Positions 20,091 to 30,058 of a DNA stretch of 64,000 nt are shown in pieces. A model generated the notes under the pieces. That model was not told the origin of the DNA, did not search any database, and saw only the letters and a list, made by a program, of their open reading frames with translations. Both the position numbers and the translations under genes were made by a program. Origin of the DNA: Candidatus Omnitrophota bacterium (GTDB taxonomy: Bacteria; Omnitrophota; Gorgyraeia; Zapsychrales; JANLHA01); assembly GCA_031423615.1 (NCBI GenBank), contig JANPFV010000082.1, positions 4,208-68,207 on the forward strand, in the 5' to 3' direction. Each line of letters starts with the position of its first letter. Positions within the stretch are counted from its first letter, which is position 1.

Positions 20091-21236
20091 CTATCGCGGA
20101 GCACTCAAAGCCCTATGGAGATCATCAACAAGATCTTTGTAATCTTCAATCCCGACGGAAACCCGGATGGTCTGTTGGGTAATGCCCGAAGCCTTAAGGC
20201 CTTCGACACCCATCGAGGAATGGCTCATGGACCAGGGATGTTCGATCAAGGATTCCACCCCACCCAAAGATTCGGCCAGAGAAAAAAGTTTCAACTGGGC
20301 GAAAAATCGAGCGAGCGGGACTTTTTTCGTGTCTAATTCGAAAGCGAGCATTCCGCCAAAACCCTTCATCTGCTTGCGAATCAAGTCTCGCTGAGGATGA
20401 CTGGCCAGGCCCGGATAATAAACTTTCTTCACATTCTTGTGCCCCTCAAGAAATTTGGCAATAGAGAGAGCGTTCGCCTGATGAGCCTCCATTCGGTAGC
20501 TGATGGTTTTAACGCCGCGTAAAACCAGCCACGCATCAAAGGGAGATTCGGAAACACCCAAAGCATTAACCAGATAACGGACTCTCTCTCCCAGAGCTTT
20601 GTCCTTGTAAACGATCGCGCCGCCCACGACATCGCTGTGACCATTGATATACTTTGTCGTCGAGTGGACGACCAAGTCCGCGCCAAAATCAAAGGGCCGC
20701 TGAAAATAAGGAGACAAAAAAGTATTGTCGACGGCCGTTAAAATCTTTTTGGCATGGGCCAGCTTAATGACCGCGTCGAGATCAATAATATTTAACAGCG
20801 GATTAGACGGTGTTTCAATCCATACCATTTTCGTCTTGGGCGTGATCGCGGCCTTCACTTTCTTAAGGTCCCGCATATTTACGAAAGAAAAAGACAGCCC
20901 CATGTCGGGCAAAACTTTGTTAAACAGCCGGTATGTCCCACCATAAATGTCATCGCCGGTCACAATATGATCGCCGGCTTTGCATAAAAACAGCGCGGCC
21001 GTGATCGCGGCCATACCGGTTGCGGTCGCCGAACAGCCGAGGCCGTTTTCTAAGCTAGCAATATTTTCCTCTAGCGCGGCCCGCGTCGGATTGCCGCTGC
21101 GGGTATAATCATAACCTTTATTTTTTCCTAAAGCGTCAAAAGCAAATGTGGATGTAGGATAAATCGGTGTCGTCACCGAGTTATAACTGCTGTCCTTATA
21201 AATGCCCGTATGGACTGATTTTGTGCGGATATCCAT
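20091..21236 (-). CDS. PLP-dependent cystathionine gamma-synthase / beta-lyase family enzyme (Cys/Met metabolism).
   Basis: MetB/MetC/CGL fold with a Lys-containing motif (HSTTKYINGHSD). Confidence 0.85.
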   Translation of the reverse strand: MDIRTKSVHTGIYKDSSYNSVTTPIYPTSTFAFDALGKNKGYDYTRSGNPTRAALEENIASLENGLGCSATATGMAAITAALFLCKAGDHIVTGDDIYGGTYRLFNKVLPDMGLSFSFVNMRDLKKVKAAITPKTKMVWIETPSNPLLNIIDLDAVIKLAHAKKILTAVDNTFLSPYFQRPFDFGADLVVHSTTKYINGHSDVVGGAIVYKDKALGERVRYLVNALGVSESPFDAWLVLRGVKTISYRMEAHQANALSIAKFLEGHKNVKKVYYPGLASHPQRDLIRKQMKGFGGMLAFELDTKKVPLARFFAQLKLFSLAESLGGVESLIEHPWSMSHSSMGVEGLKASGITQQTIRVSVGIEDYKDLVDDLHRALSAPR

Positions 21237-21290
21237 CGCTGAAATTCTCCGTTTCCTGTTGATTGATCCTTAAATACGATAAAGGGTTGA

Positions 21291-21986
21291 TCAGGATTTG
21301 TCAATCTTGTTATTGGCGGTAAAAACAAATCCTAACCGCCGTCCCGTCGCGGGATCGGTGATTTGCGATGTCATCTTGGCCTTTTCTTCTACCGAACATT
21401 CGTCTTCATATTTCACGGTCAAAACCCATGATGGCCTGGAACGATGATGGACTTTGGCAATCGGCTCTTGGCCCAGAAAACATCCCTTTGTGTAAGACAC
21501 AAAATCCTCTTCGCTCACATTGAGGAGCATTTCATCTTTATAGTCGATGCCCAAAAGAGGAATATTGTATTTCAGACGAAACAAAGTAAACTCTTCCCCG
21601 GAAACGCCAACGGGAAAATCCGCTGTCGTCAAAACAAGCTGTCCCTGTTTCTGCGGGATAACCCATTCCCCGGATTGAGGAGCATACCCCCCTTCAAGGT
21701 CAAAATAGACCAACAATTTTTCCTCTTCAATGAGGGTCCCGCTCAAACGGGCATAACGATTCACATGGTCATAGACGGCTTGCACAAAATTTTGCTCAAC
21801 AACAAGAAAAAATTTATCATCGCTGACCTTGATTTGATTAAAGGTCGCAATAATGCGGCCATGAATATTGACAAAAGCATTTTGCGGTTTATCCAGGGAG
21901 TTAGCCGTCAAACCATTGAGAAATTCCTGCGCCTTATGACTCACACTGAGGACTTTTTGGGCCGTCTTATACAGTCGCGTTACCAT
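21291..21986 (-). CDS. Folate-binding YgfZ/GcvT-like protein; start re-assigned to MVTRLYKT, which overlaps the upstream stop.
   Basis: Aminomethyltransferase-like fold; the track's N-terminal 45 codons overlap the SDR gene. Confidence 0.55.
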   Translation of the reverse strand: MVTRLYKTAQKVLSVSHKAQEFLNGLTANSLDKPQNAFVNIHGRIIATFNQIKVSDDKFFLVVEQNFVQAVYDHVNRYARLSGTLIEEEKLLVYFDLEGGYAPQSGEWVIPQKQGQLVLTTADFPVGVSGEEFTLFRLKYNIPLLGIDYKDEMLLNVSEEDFVSYTKGCFLGQEPIAKVHHRSRPSWVLTVKYEDECSVEEKAKMTSQITDPATGRRLGFVFTANNKIDKS

Positions 21987-22726
21987 GCCATTTCTTTCCG
22001 TTCTTTGAAAAACTTTCCCGTCGGGCCACTGTCCGGCGCTGTGGCCAGCCAAATCGCGGTGTCTGCTCCTTCTTCGACACTTAAAGGAGCTTGCGGACCT
22101 CCCATCTGAGTCTTGACCCAACCCGGAGACATACTATTAACGAGAATATTAAACTCCTTTAACTCGTGAGAAAACATCCGCGTTAAAACATTCAGCGCGG
22201 TTTTTGACAATCGATAGGCGGGATAACCGCCCTGCATATCGGTCAGCTGGCCCAGGCCGCTGGACACATTGACAATGCGGCCGTAATTATTTTTCTTCAT
22301 GAGCGGAATAAGAGCCTGGCACATTAATAAGGGACCGTAGACATTGGTCGTCAAAGCTTTATTGATGGTTTCAATCTTGACATGCAGGGCGCTGGAATCC
22401 GTCTCACCGCTCGCATTCCCGGAAAGAGAATCGGGAAAAATACCGGCATTGTTAACGAGAATGTCACAACGGCCAAATTCTTTTTCGACAAACTCGGCCA
22501 ATTGCATGATGCTCCCCGCATGATCGACGTCCAGCTCGTGAAAACGCACAGCCAATTCCTGCTTTTGTAATTTTTCAGCGGCCGCCAAGCCTTGGGCTTT
22601 GTCACGGCAGGATAAAATGACCAACATCCCCTTCGCGGCCAATTGCCGACAAATCTCCAACCCAATGCCGCGGTTACTGCCCGTCACAACAGCCACACGT
22701 TCTTTTAACAGGGAAGTGTTTTTCAT
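21980..22726 (-). CDS. Short-chain dehydrogenase/reductase (SDR).
   Basis: TGSNRGIG cofactor motif; the Y-x3-K motif is not cleanly visible (only a SxxxYRLSK-like stretch). Confidence 0.85.
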   Translation of the reverse strand: MKNTSLLKERVAVVTGSNRGIGLEICRQLAAKGMLVILSCRDKAQGLAAAEKLQKQELAVRFHELDVDHAGSIMQLAEFVEKEFGRCDILVNNAGIFPDSLSGNASGETDSSALHVKIETINKALTTNVYGPLLMCQALIPLMKKNNYGRIVNVSSGLGQLTDMQGGYPAYRLSKTALNVLTRMFSHELKEFNILVNSMSPGWVKTQMGGPQAPLSVEEGADTAIWLATAPDSGPTGKFFKERKEMAW

Positions 22727-23499
22727 TTAGCCGCCCTCTTTCTCCCCCGAAAGTTTAAATAATCACAAAGAATGTCCTTATGATCAAATGCAAAATTACA
22801 ATCCCGAATCTCATTGAGAGAAATGACGCGCGCGCCTTGGGCGTCATCACCCGAACGCAACACCCCTTTTCCTTGCGCGGTAAAAACCATGGAAATGGTT
22901 TGAAAGCGCGGGTCCCGCCGCGGATCGGAATAAGCATGGAATTGTCTTAAGTTTTCTAATTTTAAATTGGTCTCTTCCTTGGCTTCCCGGATGGCTGCGC
23001 TCTCCAAGGTTTCTCCCCTATCGACAAAGCCTCCGGGCAACGCCAATCCATAGGGAGGATTGGTCCGCTCAATGACCACAATACCGCCGCGATAGGCAAT
23101 GATCATGTCCACCGTAACATAAGGACCGCAACCTAAACTTTCCTGCACATGATGAAGGTAACTGTACACCTGCTTTTTAAATAAAATAAAAGTCTTTTTA
23201 TCCTCGACAGCTAAAACCATTTCCTTTAAAACGCCGGGGAAAGCGCGACAAAAGCGCAAAATCTCCTGCGAAACGATTTTGGCAACACCCACAGCCGGAA
23301 AATCTTTTAGATTGCTCACAAAAAAAACCACTTTAATTCTTTTCCCTCTTTTCGCCGTGTTAAAAACATTGCGAAAAGTTTTACGAACTGAAAGCTCCGT
23401 CGGACAGCTGGGGAATTTTGTGGCGATAAAATCCGGGTCTCGCGATATTTTTTGAAAATCGCCTTTGATAATTTTAAATTGCGTCGATTGGATTAACAT
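22723..23499 (-). CDS. NUDIX hydrolase with an N-terminal domain of unknown function.
   Basis: Nudix box [29 protein letters not shown]. Confidence 0.7.
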   Translation of the reverse strand: MLIQSTQFKIIKGDFQKISRDPDFIATKFPSCPTELSVRKTFRNVFNTAKRGKRIKVVFFVSNLKDFPAVGVAKIVSQEILRFCRAFPGVLKEMVLAVEDKKTFILFKKQVYSYLHHVQESLGCGPYVTVDMIIAYRGGIVVIERTNPPYGLALPGGFVDRGETLESAAIREAKEETNLKLENLRQFHAYSDPRRDPRFQTISMVFTAQGKGVLRSGDDAQGARVISLNEIRDCNFAFDHKDILCDYLNFRGRKRAAK

Positions 23500-23503
23500 T
23501 TCT

Positions 23504-24205
23504 TCAAGGTTTACGTTGTTTGATCAAAACATTGATCCGCGCAATCAATTCCGCAAACATATCATCTCCCTGCCGGACCGTAAGGGCTTTGCCGGATCTC
23601 CCGTCGATAACTTTATCTAAATCCCGCAGCACACGCTCATAAGGGCCCAGGACTTTGTTGCTGATTTTATAAGCCCAATAAAACAGCACAAAAATCGCAA
23701 AAATAACCGCCATTCCAGCCAGGATGATAAGAATTTTTTGCGGGTCAATACTTTGGCCGGTAATTCGGGAATCCGGAGCATAATCCCGCATTCCAAAGTA
23801 TTGATAGGCAAACAAGAAAGCCACACCGACGGAGAAAAACAAGGCCAATCCGGCCAGCACGCTGGGAAGGATCACTTTCTCTTTTTTTACAATAATTTTC
23901 CCTGAGGAAACATCCGCTCCCACGGCGGGAAAGGAATCTTTGACCTGATGGTTGACCAAAACGATAGCGATCAGGCTTAAAACCACCGCACCGGCGTTGG
24001 CCAGAATTAAAAACAGCGAATTGCGGCCCGGGCACTCGGTCAAAAGAATGCTTTCGACCGTCGAACTTTGCGGGAAAAAGAAAATCGCGTAACACATAGC
24101 CACGAAAAAAACCACGGTCAGCAAACACGCGACATAAAAAGGTTTTAGGACCCGCAGTTGAAACTTATTCAGTTCTAAAATTCCCCGCTTTACTTTTTCT
24201 GTCAT
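23504..24205 (-). CDS. Hypothetical integral membrane protein with 4 TM helices and a cytoplasmic C-terminal helical domain.
   Basis: Hydrophobicity pattern only. Confidence 0.45.
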   Translation of the reverse strand: MTEKVKRGILELNKFQLRVLKPFYVACLLTVVFFVAMCYAIFFFPQSSTVESILLTECPGRNSLFLILANAGAVVLSLIAIVLVNHQVKDSFPAVGADVSSGKIIVKKEKVILPSVLAGLALFFSVGVAFLFAYQYFGMRDYAPDSRITGQSIDPQKILIILAGMAVIFAIFVLFYWAYKISNKVLGPYERVLRDLDKVIDGRSGKALTVRQGDDMFAELIARINVLIKQRKP

Positions 24206-24217
24206 AGGGCCTCCCGT

Positions 24218-25648
24218 TTAAACTTTCTCTGCGATCCTTCTGGCCAACGCCAAAGCCTCAGATTTGCTTGTGATCTGACCCGTAGCCTGGGCCTCCTGCA
24301 CCTCTTGAAGGATTTTACCAAAAATCGGTCCGGGTTTGATTTTCAATTTCTTGATCACATCATGCCCGTTGATAAGACAAACAAAAGGCTTTTCCTTCTT
24401 CAACGCAAAAAACTTTTTTACCAAGCCCACGCACACCTCTTCATGATGTTTCTCGTCTATCTTAGTTGACAAAGGTCCGCGGGTGGAGCGTTGGTCGGCT
24501 ATGGACAAAAGCGCGATAGACGCGGCCTCATCCTTGGTATCACGAAAATAACGGAAAATCGCCCGCTCACTGGGATTTTTAAAATTGGCCAGATACCCCG
24601 GGCGCAAATGCCATAACACCGCATTTTCAAGAATCATTCGTTCCCGGCCCGACAGCAAAAGCAATTTGGCCACGGAGTGCACAATGTCTTGGCCGACATG
24701 CTCATGCCCATGAAAGGACATCCGGTCTTTTTCTTTTTTCCGGGTCTGAGGTTTCCCGATATCATGAAGCAAGGCGGCCAGTTTAAGAATTCCCCGCCGG
24801 GTACGACCTCCGGCCAAACTCTCATTGAGATACTCAACAACATCCGGGTCATCTTGATATTGATCAAAAACCCCTTCCAGTTGTTTGACCGTTTCCAAAG
24901 AATGCGGCCAAACATCCAAATGGTGATAGCCCCCCTGGGTCACCCGGTACATAACGGTAATCTGGGGAATGACTTTTTCTAGCAAACCCATTGTGTCCAT
25001 AGCCGCCAGATTTTCGGCCGCCGCCGAAGATTGTAAAACTTTAAACAATTCTTCGAGGATGCGTTCGCGGGCGACTTTGCGTAATAAATCTTTATCTTTC
25101 TTGATCTGGGCCAAAGTCTTGGGTTCGATATTAAATCCCAGTTGCGCCCGCAAGCTGTAGGCTCGCATCAAGCGCAAAGGGTCTTCCTTAAATGTTTTCG
25201 TCGAAACCATCTTCAAACGTTTGGCCTTAAGATCCTTGGTTCCGCCGAGAAAATCGGTGATGGATGTTGCAAAATCATCGGTGAGGATAAGATCGTTGAG
25301 CTTTACAGCAAGGGTATTGATGGTAAAGTCGCGGTGAGAAATATCGGCTTTGAGCGTCGCAGCGCGAAAGTCGGCAAAATCATAGGTCTCAATTTTATCG
25401 CCCTGTTTTTTGACCACTCGGGCGCACCCGCGTTCTTTGTCCAGGACGACAAAGGCGCCTTTGATCTGTTTGGCAAACGTCCGCGAAAAGGACAGTGCAT
25501 CTTTAGCCATCGCGAAGTCAAAATCATTTCCGTTTTTACCCAAAAGGGCATCGCGCAAAAAACCGCCCACAAGAAAAAGATCCATGTTTTTCTGTCGGCT
25601 CAATTTTTGCAAAGAAACCAAAAACGGATATTCAGCCAGAGTGGGCAT
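24218..25648 (-). CDS. cca: CCA-adding tRNA nucleotidyltransferase with an HD domain.
   Basis: PolyA-polymerase head motif GGFLRD...DFDFA and an HD motif LHDIGK. Confidence 0.85.
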   Translation of the reverse strand: MPTLAEYPFLVSLQKLSRQKNMDLFLVGGFLRDALLGKNGNDFDFAMAKDALSFSRTFAKQIKGAFVVLDKERGCARVVKKQGDKIETYDFADFRAATLKADISHRDFTINTLAVKLNDLILTDDFATSITDFLGGTKDLKAKRLKMVSTKTFKEDPLRLMRAYSLRAQLGFNIEPKTLAQIKKDKDLLRKVARERILEELFKVLQSSAAAENLAAMDTMGLLEKVIPQITVMYRVTQGGYHHLDVWPHSLETVKQLEGVFDQYQDDPDVVEYLNESLAGGRTRRGILKLAALLHDIGKPQTRKKEKDRMSFHGHEHVGQDIVHSVAKLLLLSGRERMILENAVLWHLRPGYLANFKNPSERAIFRYFRDTKDEAASIALLSIADQRSTRGPLSTKIDEKHHEEVCVGLVKKFFALKKEKPFVCLINGHDVIKKLKIKPGPIFGKILQEVQEAQATGQITSKSEALALARRIAEKV

Positions 25649-25656
25649 GGAAAAGA

Positions 25657-26067
25657 TTATTCCGCGGCACTAAAGATTGAGGCCTTCTTTAAAACTTCCT
25701 CATCCACAAAAATGGGAGCACGGGCGCGCACGGCCAAGGCTACACCGTCGGAAGGCCGAGCATCGACGGTTTTGATTTTACCGTCAGCGGTTTTTAAGAG
25801 GACCTTGGCATGAAACGTGCTGTTGACAAGTTTATCGATGACCAGTTGATCGACTTTCGCACCCAGGCTTTCGATGGTCAGGTACAAAAGATCGTGCGTC
25901 AAAGGGCGGGGGGTTTCCACATTGGACAATTTCATTTTTATACTGGAAGCCTCTAAAAAACCGATAACGATCGGGAACTGGCGCTCGCCGTTTTTTTCCC
26001 TGAGAACGATGATCTGGTCCTGACGTTTTTCATCAATGATAATCTTACTCAGTTCGACTTGGATCAT
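25657..26067 (-). CDS. Bifunctional nuclease (BFN, DUF151) family protein.
   Basis: Size and conserved LTHDLL...DARPSD pattern. Confidence 0.7.
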   Translation of the reverse strand: MIQVELSKIIIDEKRQDQIIVLREKNGERQFPIVIGFLEASSIKMKLSNVETPRPLTHDLLYLTIESLGAKVDQLVIDKLVNSTFHAKVLLKTADGKIKTVDARPSDGVALAVRARAPIFVDEEVLKKASIFSAAE

Positions 26068-26071
26068 ATCC

Positions 26072-26554
26072 TTACACTCCCTTTTTCTTTAAGGAGGATT
26101 TTTCTCGCTCCAGAATAACTTTTAATTCATTCATAAACTGATTGACGTCGCGAAATTGTCGGTAAACCGATGCGAAGCGCACATAAGCGACTTCGTCCAG
26201 CGAAGCCAATTTCTCCATAATGATCTCGCCGATGGCCGTAGCACTGACTTCCCGTTCATATTTCTTTTGCAGGATCCTTTCAATTTCCGACGTCATCTGC
26301 TCAATCTTGTCGACACTGATCGGCCGCTTTTCGCACGCCTTGACAAGGCCGGAAATAATCTTTGTACGGTCAAACGGCTGACGGCGATTGTCGCGCTTGA
26401 TCACCATCAAAGGCACTTGCTCGATATATTCGTATGTGGTAAAACGTTTCTTGCATTTCAAACATTCTCGTCGGCGGCGGATGGACTTTCCTTCCGCGCT
26501 CAAACGCGAATCAACGACCTTTGTTTCTTTATAGTGGCAGGAAGGACATTTCAT
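26072..26554 (-). CDS. nrdR: Transcriptional repressor NrdR.
   Basis: [17 protein letters not shown] zinc ribbon plus an ATP-cone domain. Confidence 0.9.
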   Translation of the reverse strand: MKCPSCHYKETKVVDSRLSAEGKSIRRRRECLKCKKRFTTYEYIEQVPLMVIKRDNRRQPFDRTKIISGLVKACEKRPISVDKIEQMTSEIERILQKKYEREVSATAIGEIIMEKLASLDEVAYVRFASVYRQFRDVNQFMNELKVILEREKSSLKKKGV

Positions 26555-26569
26555 AAATAAAAATCCAAT

Positions 26570-27808
26570 CTAGAGATTCGGATACAACGGGAAGGCCTTG
26601 GTCAATTCTAAAACGACCTGTTTGACCTCCTTTAACTTGTCCTCATTTGCATGATTGACAATCGCCCCGTCAATCAACTTCGCCACGTCCTCCATTTGCG
26701 CTTCTTTCATTCCGCGCGTCGTCAACGCCGGGGTGCCGATCCGGATCCCGCTGGTCACCATGGGGCTGGCCGGATCAAAGGGGATCAAGTTTTTATTGAC
26801 GGTGATATTCACTTTATCGAGAATCTCCGACGCATCCTTTCCGGTGACATTTTTGGGACGAAGGTCGACCATAAAAAGATGGTTGTCGGTCCCGCCGGTG
26901 ACGATGCGAAAACCCCGTTTTCCCAATTCCGCCGCAAGCGTCCGGCAATTCTTTAAAATCTGCGCTTGGTACTCCTTAAATTCAGGTTGTAACGCTTCTT
27001 TAAAAGAAACCGCTTTGGCCGCGATCACATGCATTAAAGGACCGCCCTGAAGGCCGGGAAAAACATTGGTGTCAATCTTTTTGGCGAATTCGGCCCGACA
27101 AAGAATCATTCCGCCGCGCGGACCACGCAAGGTTTTGTGCGTCGTCGTAGTGACAAATTCGGCGTAGGGCACGGGGTTAGGATGCAGGCCGGCCGCAACC
27201 AAACCCGCAAAATGGGCCATATCTACAAAAAGATAGGCTCCCACGGAATCACAAATCTCCCGAAACTTTTTAAAATCCCATGTCCGCGAATAGGCGGACG
27301 CGCCGGCAATGATCATTTTCGGCCTATGCTCTTTGGCCAACGCCGCGACTTCATTCATGTCGATCATTTCTGTTTTGGGATCGACCTTGTAAGCGACCAT
27401 GTTGTAAGTCTTGCCGGAAAAATTCATTTTATGCCCATGGGTCAAATGCCCCCCGCACGCCAAGTCCAAACCTAAAACCGTATCACCCGGATTGGCCGCA
27501 ACATTGTACACGGCATTATTGGCCTGCGAACCAGAATGGGGCTGAACATTAACGTGCTCGGCACCAAAAATTTGTTTGGCGCGATCGATCGCCAATTGTT
27601 CAGCCACGTCGACAAATTCGCATCCGCCGTACCAGCGCCGGCCGGGATAACCTTCCGCATATTTATTGGTCAGAATCGATCCTTGCGCTTGGAGTACAGC
27701 TTGTGAAACAATATTCTCGGAAGCAATCAATTCCAAATTATTGCGCTGGCGAGCGAGTTCGTTTTCAATCGCTTTAAAAATTTCCGGATCCCTATGTTTT
27801 AAATCCAT
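26570..27808 (-). CDS. glyA: Serine hydroxymethyltransferase; start re-assigned to [11 protein letters not shown].
   Basis: Full-length SHMT with PLP motif [13 protein letters not shown]. The track's 22-codon N-terminal extension (TTG start) reads through a repeat element. Confidence 0.9.
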   Translation of the reverse strand: MDLKHRDPEIFKAIENELARQRNNLELIASENIVSQAVLQAQGSILTNKYAEGYPGRRWYGGCEFVDVAEQLAIDRAKQIFGAEHVNVQPHSGSQANNAVYNVAANPGDTVLGLDLACGGHLTHGHKMNFSGKTYNMVAYKVDPKTEMIDMNEVAALAKEHRPKMIIAGASAYSRTWDFKKFREICDSVGAYLFVDMAHFAGLVAAGLHPNPVPYAEFVTTTTHKTLRGPRGGMILCRAEFAKKIDTNVFPGLQGGPLMHVIAAKAVSFKEALQPEFKEYQAQILKNCRTLAAELGKRGFRIVTGGTDNHLFMVDLRPKNVTGKDASEILDKVNITVNKNLIPFDPASPMVTSGIRIGTPALTTRGMKEAQMEDVAKLIDGAIVNHANEDKLKEVKQVVLELTKAFPLYPNL

Positions 27809-27821
27809 AACGTCTCTCTTT

Positions 27822-27875
27822 CTGATGGGTCCCGACGCTGCGGGCGGCAGAATATTTCCCGGCGCGTCACCCAAG
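27822..27875. repeat. Partial (right-half) copy of the GC-rich MITE-like repeat also found at 50211-50287 and 54414-54505.
   Basis: GCTGCGGGCGGCAGA is identical to the 50.2 kb copy, followed by the similar tail TTTCCCGGCGCGTCACCC. Confidence 0.45.
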
Positions 27876-27876
27876 C

Positions 27877-28329
27877 TTACAAATGTCTTTTTTCAATGGC
27901 TTTGATTTGTTTCACCCGGCGCAAATGCCGGCCGCCTTCAAATTCCGTCACCAGCCAAAATTTCACGATGTCTTCAATATCATTGTCATGAGTAAACTTG
28001 GCGCCCAGAACCAAAATATTCGCGTTATTATGCTGGCGGGACAAAATAGCAGCTTCTTTAGAATAGCACAATGCCGCATACGCGCCGACCACCTTGTTTG
28101 CGGCAATCGAATGTCCTATTCCCGTCATACAGGCAAGGATCCCGCGGCTTCCCTTGGTTTTTACAACCTGTTCGGCCACTTTTTCAGAAATAGGCGGATA
28201 ATCGCACATGACCCCCGGCGCGAATGATCCGATATCGACGACAGTGTGGCCGAGCCTTTTTAAGAGAGGAATAATTTTGGCTTTCAGTTCAAACCCGCGA
28301 TGATCACCGCCGATAAAAATTTTCATCAA
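27877..28329 (-). CDS. rpiB: Ribose-5-phosphate isomerase B.
   Basis: RpiB/LacAB fold with the conserved Cys ([12 protein letters not shown]). Confidence 0.85.
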   Translation of the reverse strand: MMKIFIGGDHRGFELKAKIIPLLKRLGHTVVDIGSFAPGVMCDYPPISEKVAEQVVKTKGSRGILACMTGIGHSIAANKVVGAYAALCYSKEAAILSRQHNNANILVLGAKFTHDNDIEDIVKFWLVTEFEGGRHLRRVKQIKAIEKRHL

Positions 28330-28344
28330 TGTCCCTTTTAACTT

Positions 28345-29409
28345 TTATAAAAGATTGACCAACTTCGCTACCGCGGCCTTGATCATCGACGCACATTCTT
28401 CGTATGTTTCAAAAGATTTTCCCATGGGATCAGGAATGTCTAATTCTCCGTCGTAACCCGGCCGTTCCTGCAAAAACTCCCGCAATTGATACACTCTTTT
28501 CTCAACAGCGGGGACGCGTTCCAAGACCTGTTGACGGTGGCTGCGCGTCATGACCAGAATCAAATCGGATTTGCGCAAAAGAATACTGTTGATCGGCTGC
28601 GATTGATGCCGGGAGGCGTCGATCCCTTCTTTTTTCAAAACACTCAGGGTCTCGGAACTGGCGGTGGTGTGAAAATAAACCGCAGTCCCGGCCGACGTCA
28701 CATCAACATTCCCTTTTCCCTTCAGCATATCTTTTAAAAGATATTCCGCCATGACCGAACGGCAACTGTTTCCGGTACAAACAAACAACACCAGCTTTTT
28801 TTGGGTGATCCGGTCAACATCCGCCTGGGTGATGGGGCCTTGCCGCAGAATCACCGGCTTATCTTGGGTAAAATCAATGACCGATGAGGCCAAACCAAAT
28901 TGGGCCTCTCCGCCGTCGATGGCGATATCGACGAGTCCATCAAGATCGTTGAGAGCCGCGGCGCATGTGGAAGGCGGATTATTGCCAGCAAAATTAGCCG
29001 ACGGGGCCGCGACCGTACATTGCGATTCCTGCACTAAATTCAACGCGATTTTATGTTGCGGAATGCGGACCCCGATCGTCCGGCCTTCTTCAAACGAAGG
29101 AACCACGACGGTCAGCGGACCCGGCCAGCATTCATCGATCAGCTTATAAACCTCAGGTGATTTCGTCGGCGTATAATTGGGCAAAAGTCCTTTTTGCGAA
29201 ATATGGATCGAAAAGGGTTTGTCGCCGTCGCGCCTTTTGACTTCCCGCAATCGGGCCATGGCTTTGGGATTATTAAAGTCCGCGGCAATTCCGTAAACTG
29301 TCTCCGTCGGAAAAACAACCAACCCGCCATTGCGGATGATCGCCGCGCAACGGGCAATGCGGTCCATTTCCGGAAACTCGGGATTGATTTTAATAATTTG
29401 CGTTTTCAC
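28345..29409 (-). CDS. Fusion protein: an L-threonylcarbamoyladenylate synthase (TsaC/YrdC/Sua5) N-terminal domain plus a C-terminal low-molecular-weight protein tyrosine/arginine phosphatase domain.
   Basis: YrdC fold (VVFPTETVYGIAAD) and an LMW-PTP P-loop (VCTGNSCRS with a DP motif). In B. subtilis the equivalent genes ywlC and ywlE are separate neighbours of rpiB and glyA. Confidence 0.8.
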   Translation of the reverse strand: MKTQIIKINPEFPEMDRIARCAAIIRNGGLVVFPTETVYGIAADFNNPKAMARLREVKRRDGDKPFSIHISQKGLLPNYTPTKSPEVYKLIDECWPGPLTVVVPSFEEGRTIGVRIPQHKIALNLVQESQCTVAAPSANFAGNNPPSTCAAALNDLDGLVDIAIDGGEAQFGLASSVIDFTQDKPVILRQGPITQADVDRITQKKLVLFVCTGNSCRSVMAEYLLKDMLKGKGNVDVTSAGTAVYFHTTASSETLSVLKKEGIDASRHQSQPINSILLRKSDLILVMTRSHRQQVLERVPAVEKRVYQLREFLQERPGYDGELDIPDPMGKSFETYEECASMIKAAVAKLVNLL

Positions 29410-29493
29410 ACGATCGCTCTCTAAAGTCTCATTTCACCTTGTTATTCCCCAATCTTCCCTGCGCCACTTGATCCACGTAATTTTCTTTCCCTT

Positions 29494-29967
29494 CTATCCT
29501 TCCAAAATCTTCTTTCGTTGATCCTCGGAAAAAGCATCGAGCTTTTTGGCGATGGTTTCATCGGCCACACCCAGAATACGCAAAGCCAACAAGGCCGCGT
29601 TCTTGGCGCCAGGCTTTCCGATCGCCAAAGCTCCGACGGGAACGCCCGGCGGCATTTGCACCGTTGAGAGCAAGGAATCCAAACCGTCCAGAACAGATTC
29701 AATCGGAACACCCAGTACCGGCAAATTGGTATGGGCCGCAACAACGCCCGCTAAAGCGGCTGACCCGCCCGCTCCGCAAATGATCACTTGAATGCCTTTG
29801 GCTTTGGCGCTTTCAGCATACGCCGCGGTTTCGCGCGGTGTGCGGTGAGCTGATAGGACCTTGATCTCATAACCCACCCCGAAATCTTTTAAAATTCTTG
29901 CCCCCTCTTCCATCGTCGGAAGATCGCTTTTACTGCCCATCATGATGGCGACTTTAATATGCTCCAT
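29494..29967 (-). CDS. purE: N5-carboxyaminoimidazole ribonucleotide mutase.
   Basis: MGSKSD...GAGGSAALAG motifs. Confidence 0.9.
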   Translation of the reverse strand: MEHIKVAIMMGSKSDLPTMEEGARILKDFGVGYEIKVLSAHRTPRETAAYAESAKAKGIQVIICGAGGSAALAGVVAAHTNLPVLGVPIESVLDGLDSLLSTVQMPPGVPVGALAIGKPGAKNAALLALRILGVADETIAKKLDAFSEDQRKKILEG

Positions 29968-30058
29968 TTTATCTCCCTTTTCAAATCAGGTCTTGTCGCT
30001 GGGATCCTGGCGTCCTTACTTTCTTCCGGACAAAAAAATCCTGCGCGCCCCCTGTGCT

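Noticed and set aside
21237-21290. SAM or T-box riboswitch upstream of the cystathionine gamma-synthase family gene.
   Set aside because: The upstream gap is only 54 nt. The gene is probably co-transcribed with ygfZ/SDR.
27780-28230. Apparent 1-nt inconsistencies between my positional counting and the ORF-track frames around 27780 and 28200 (possible frameshifts).
   Set aside because: Both overlapping ORFs on opposite strands agree with the track, so I attribute this to my own reading and counting of the text, not a real indel. The consequence is that my fine-scale coordinates carry about 1-2 nt of uncertainty.
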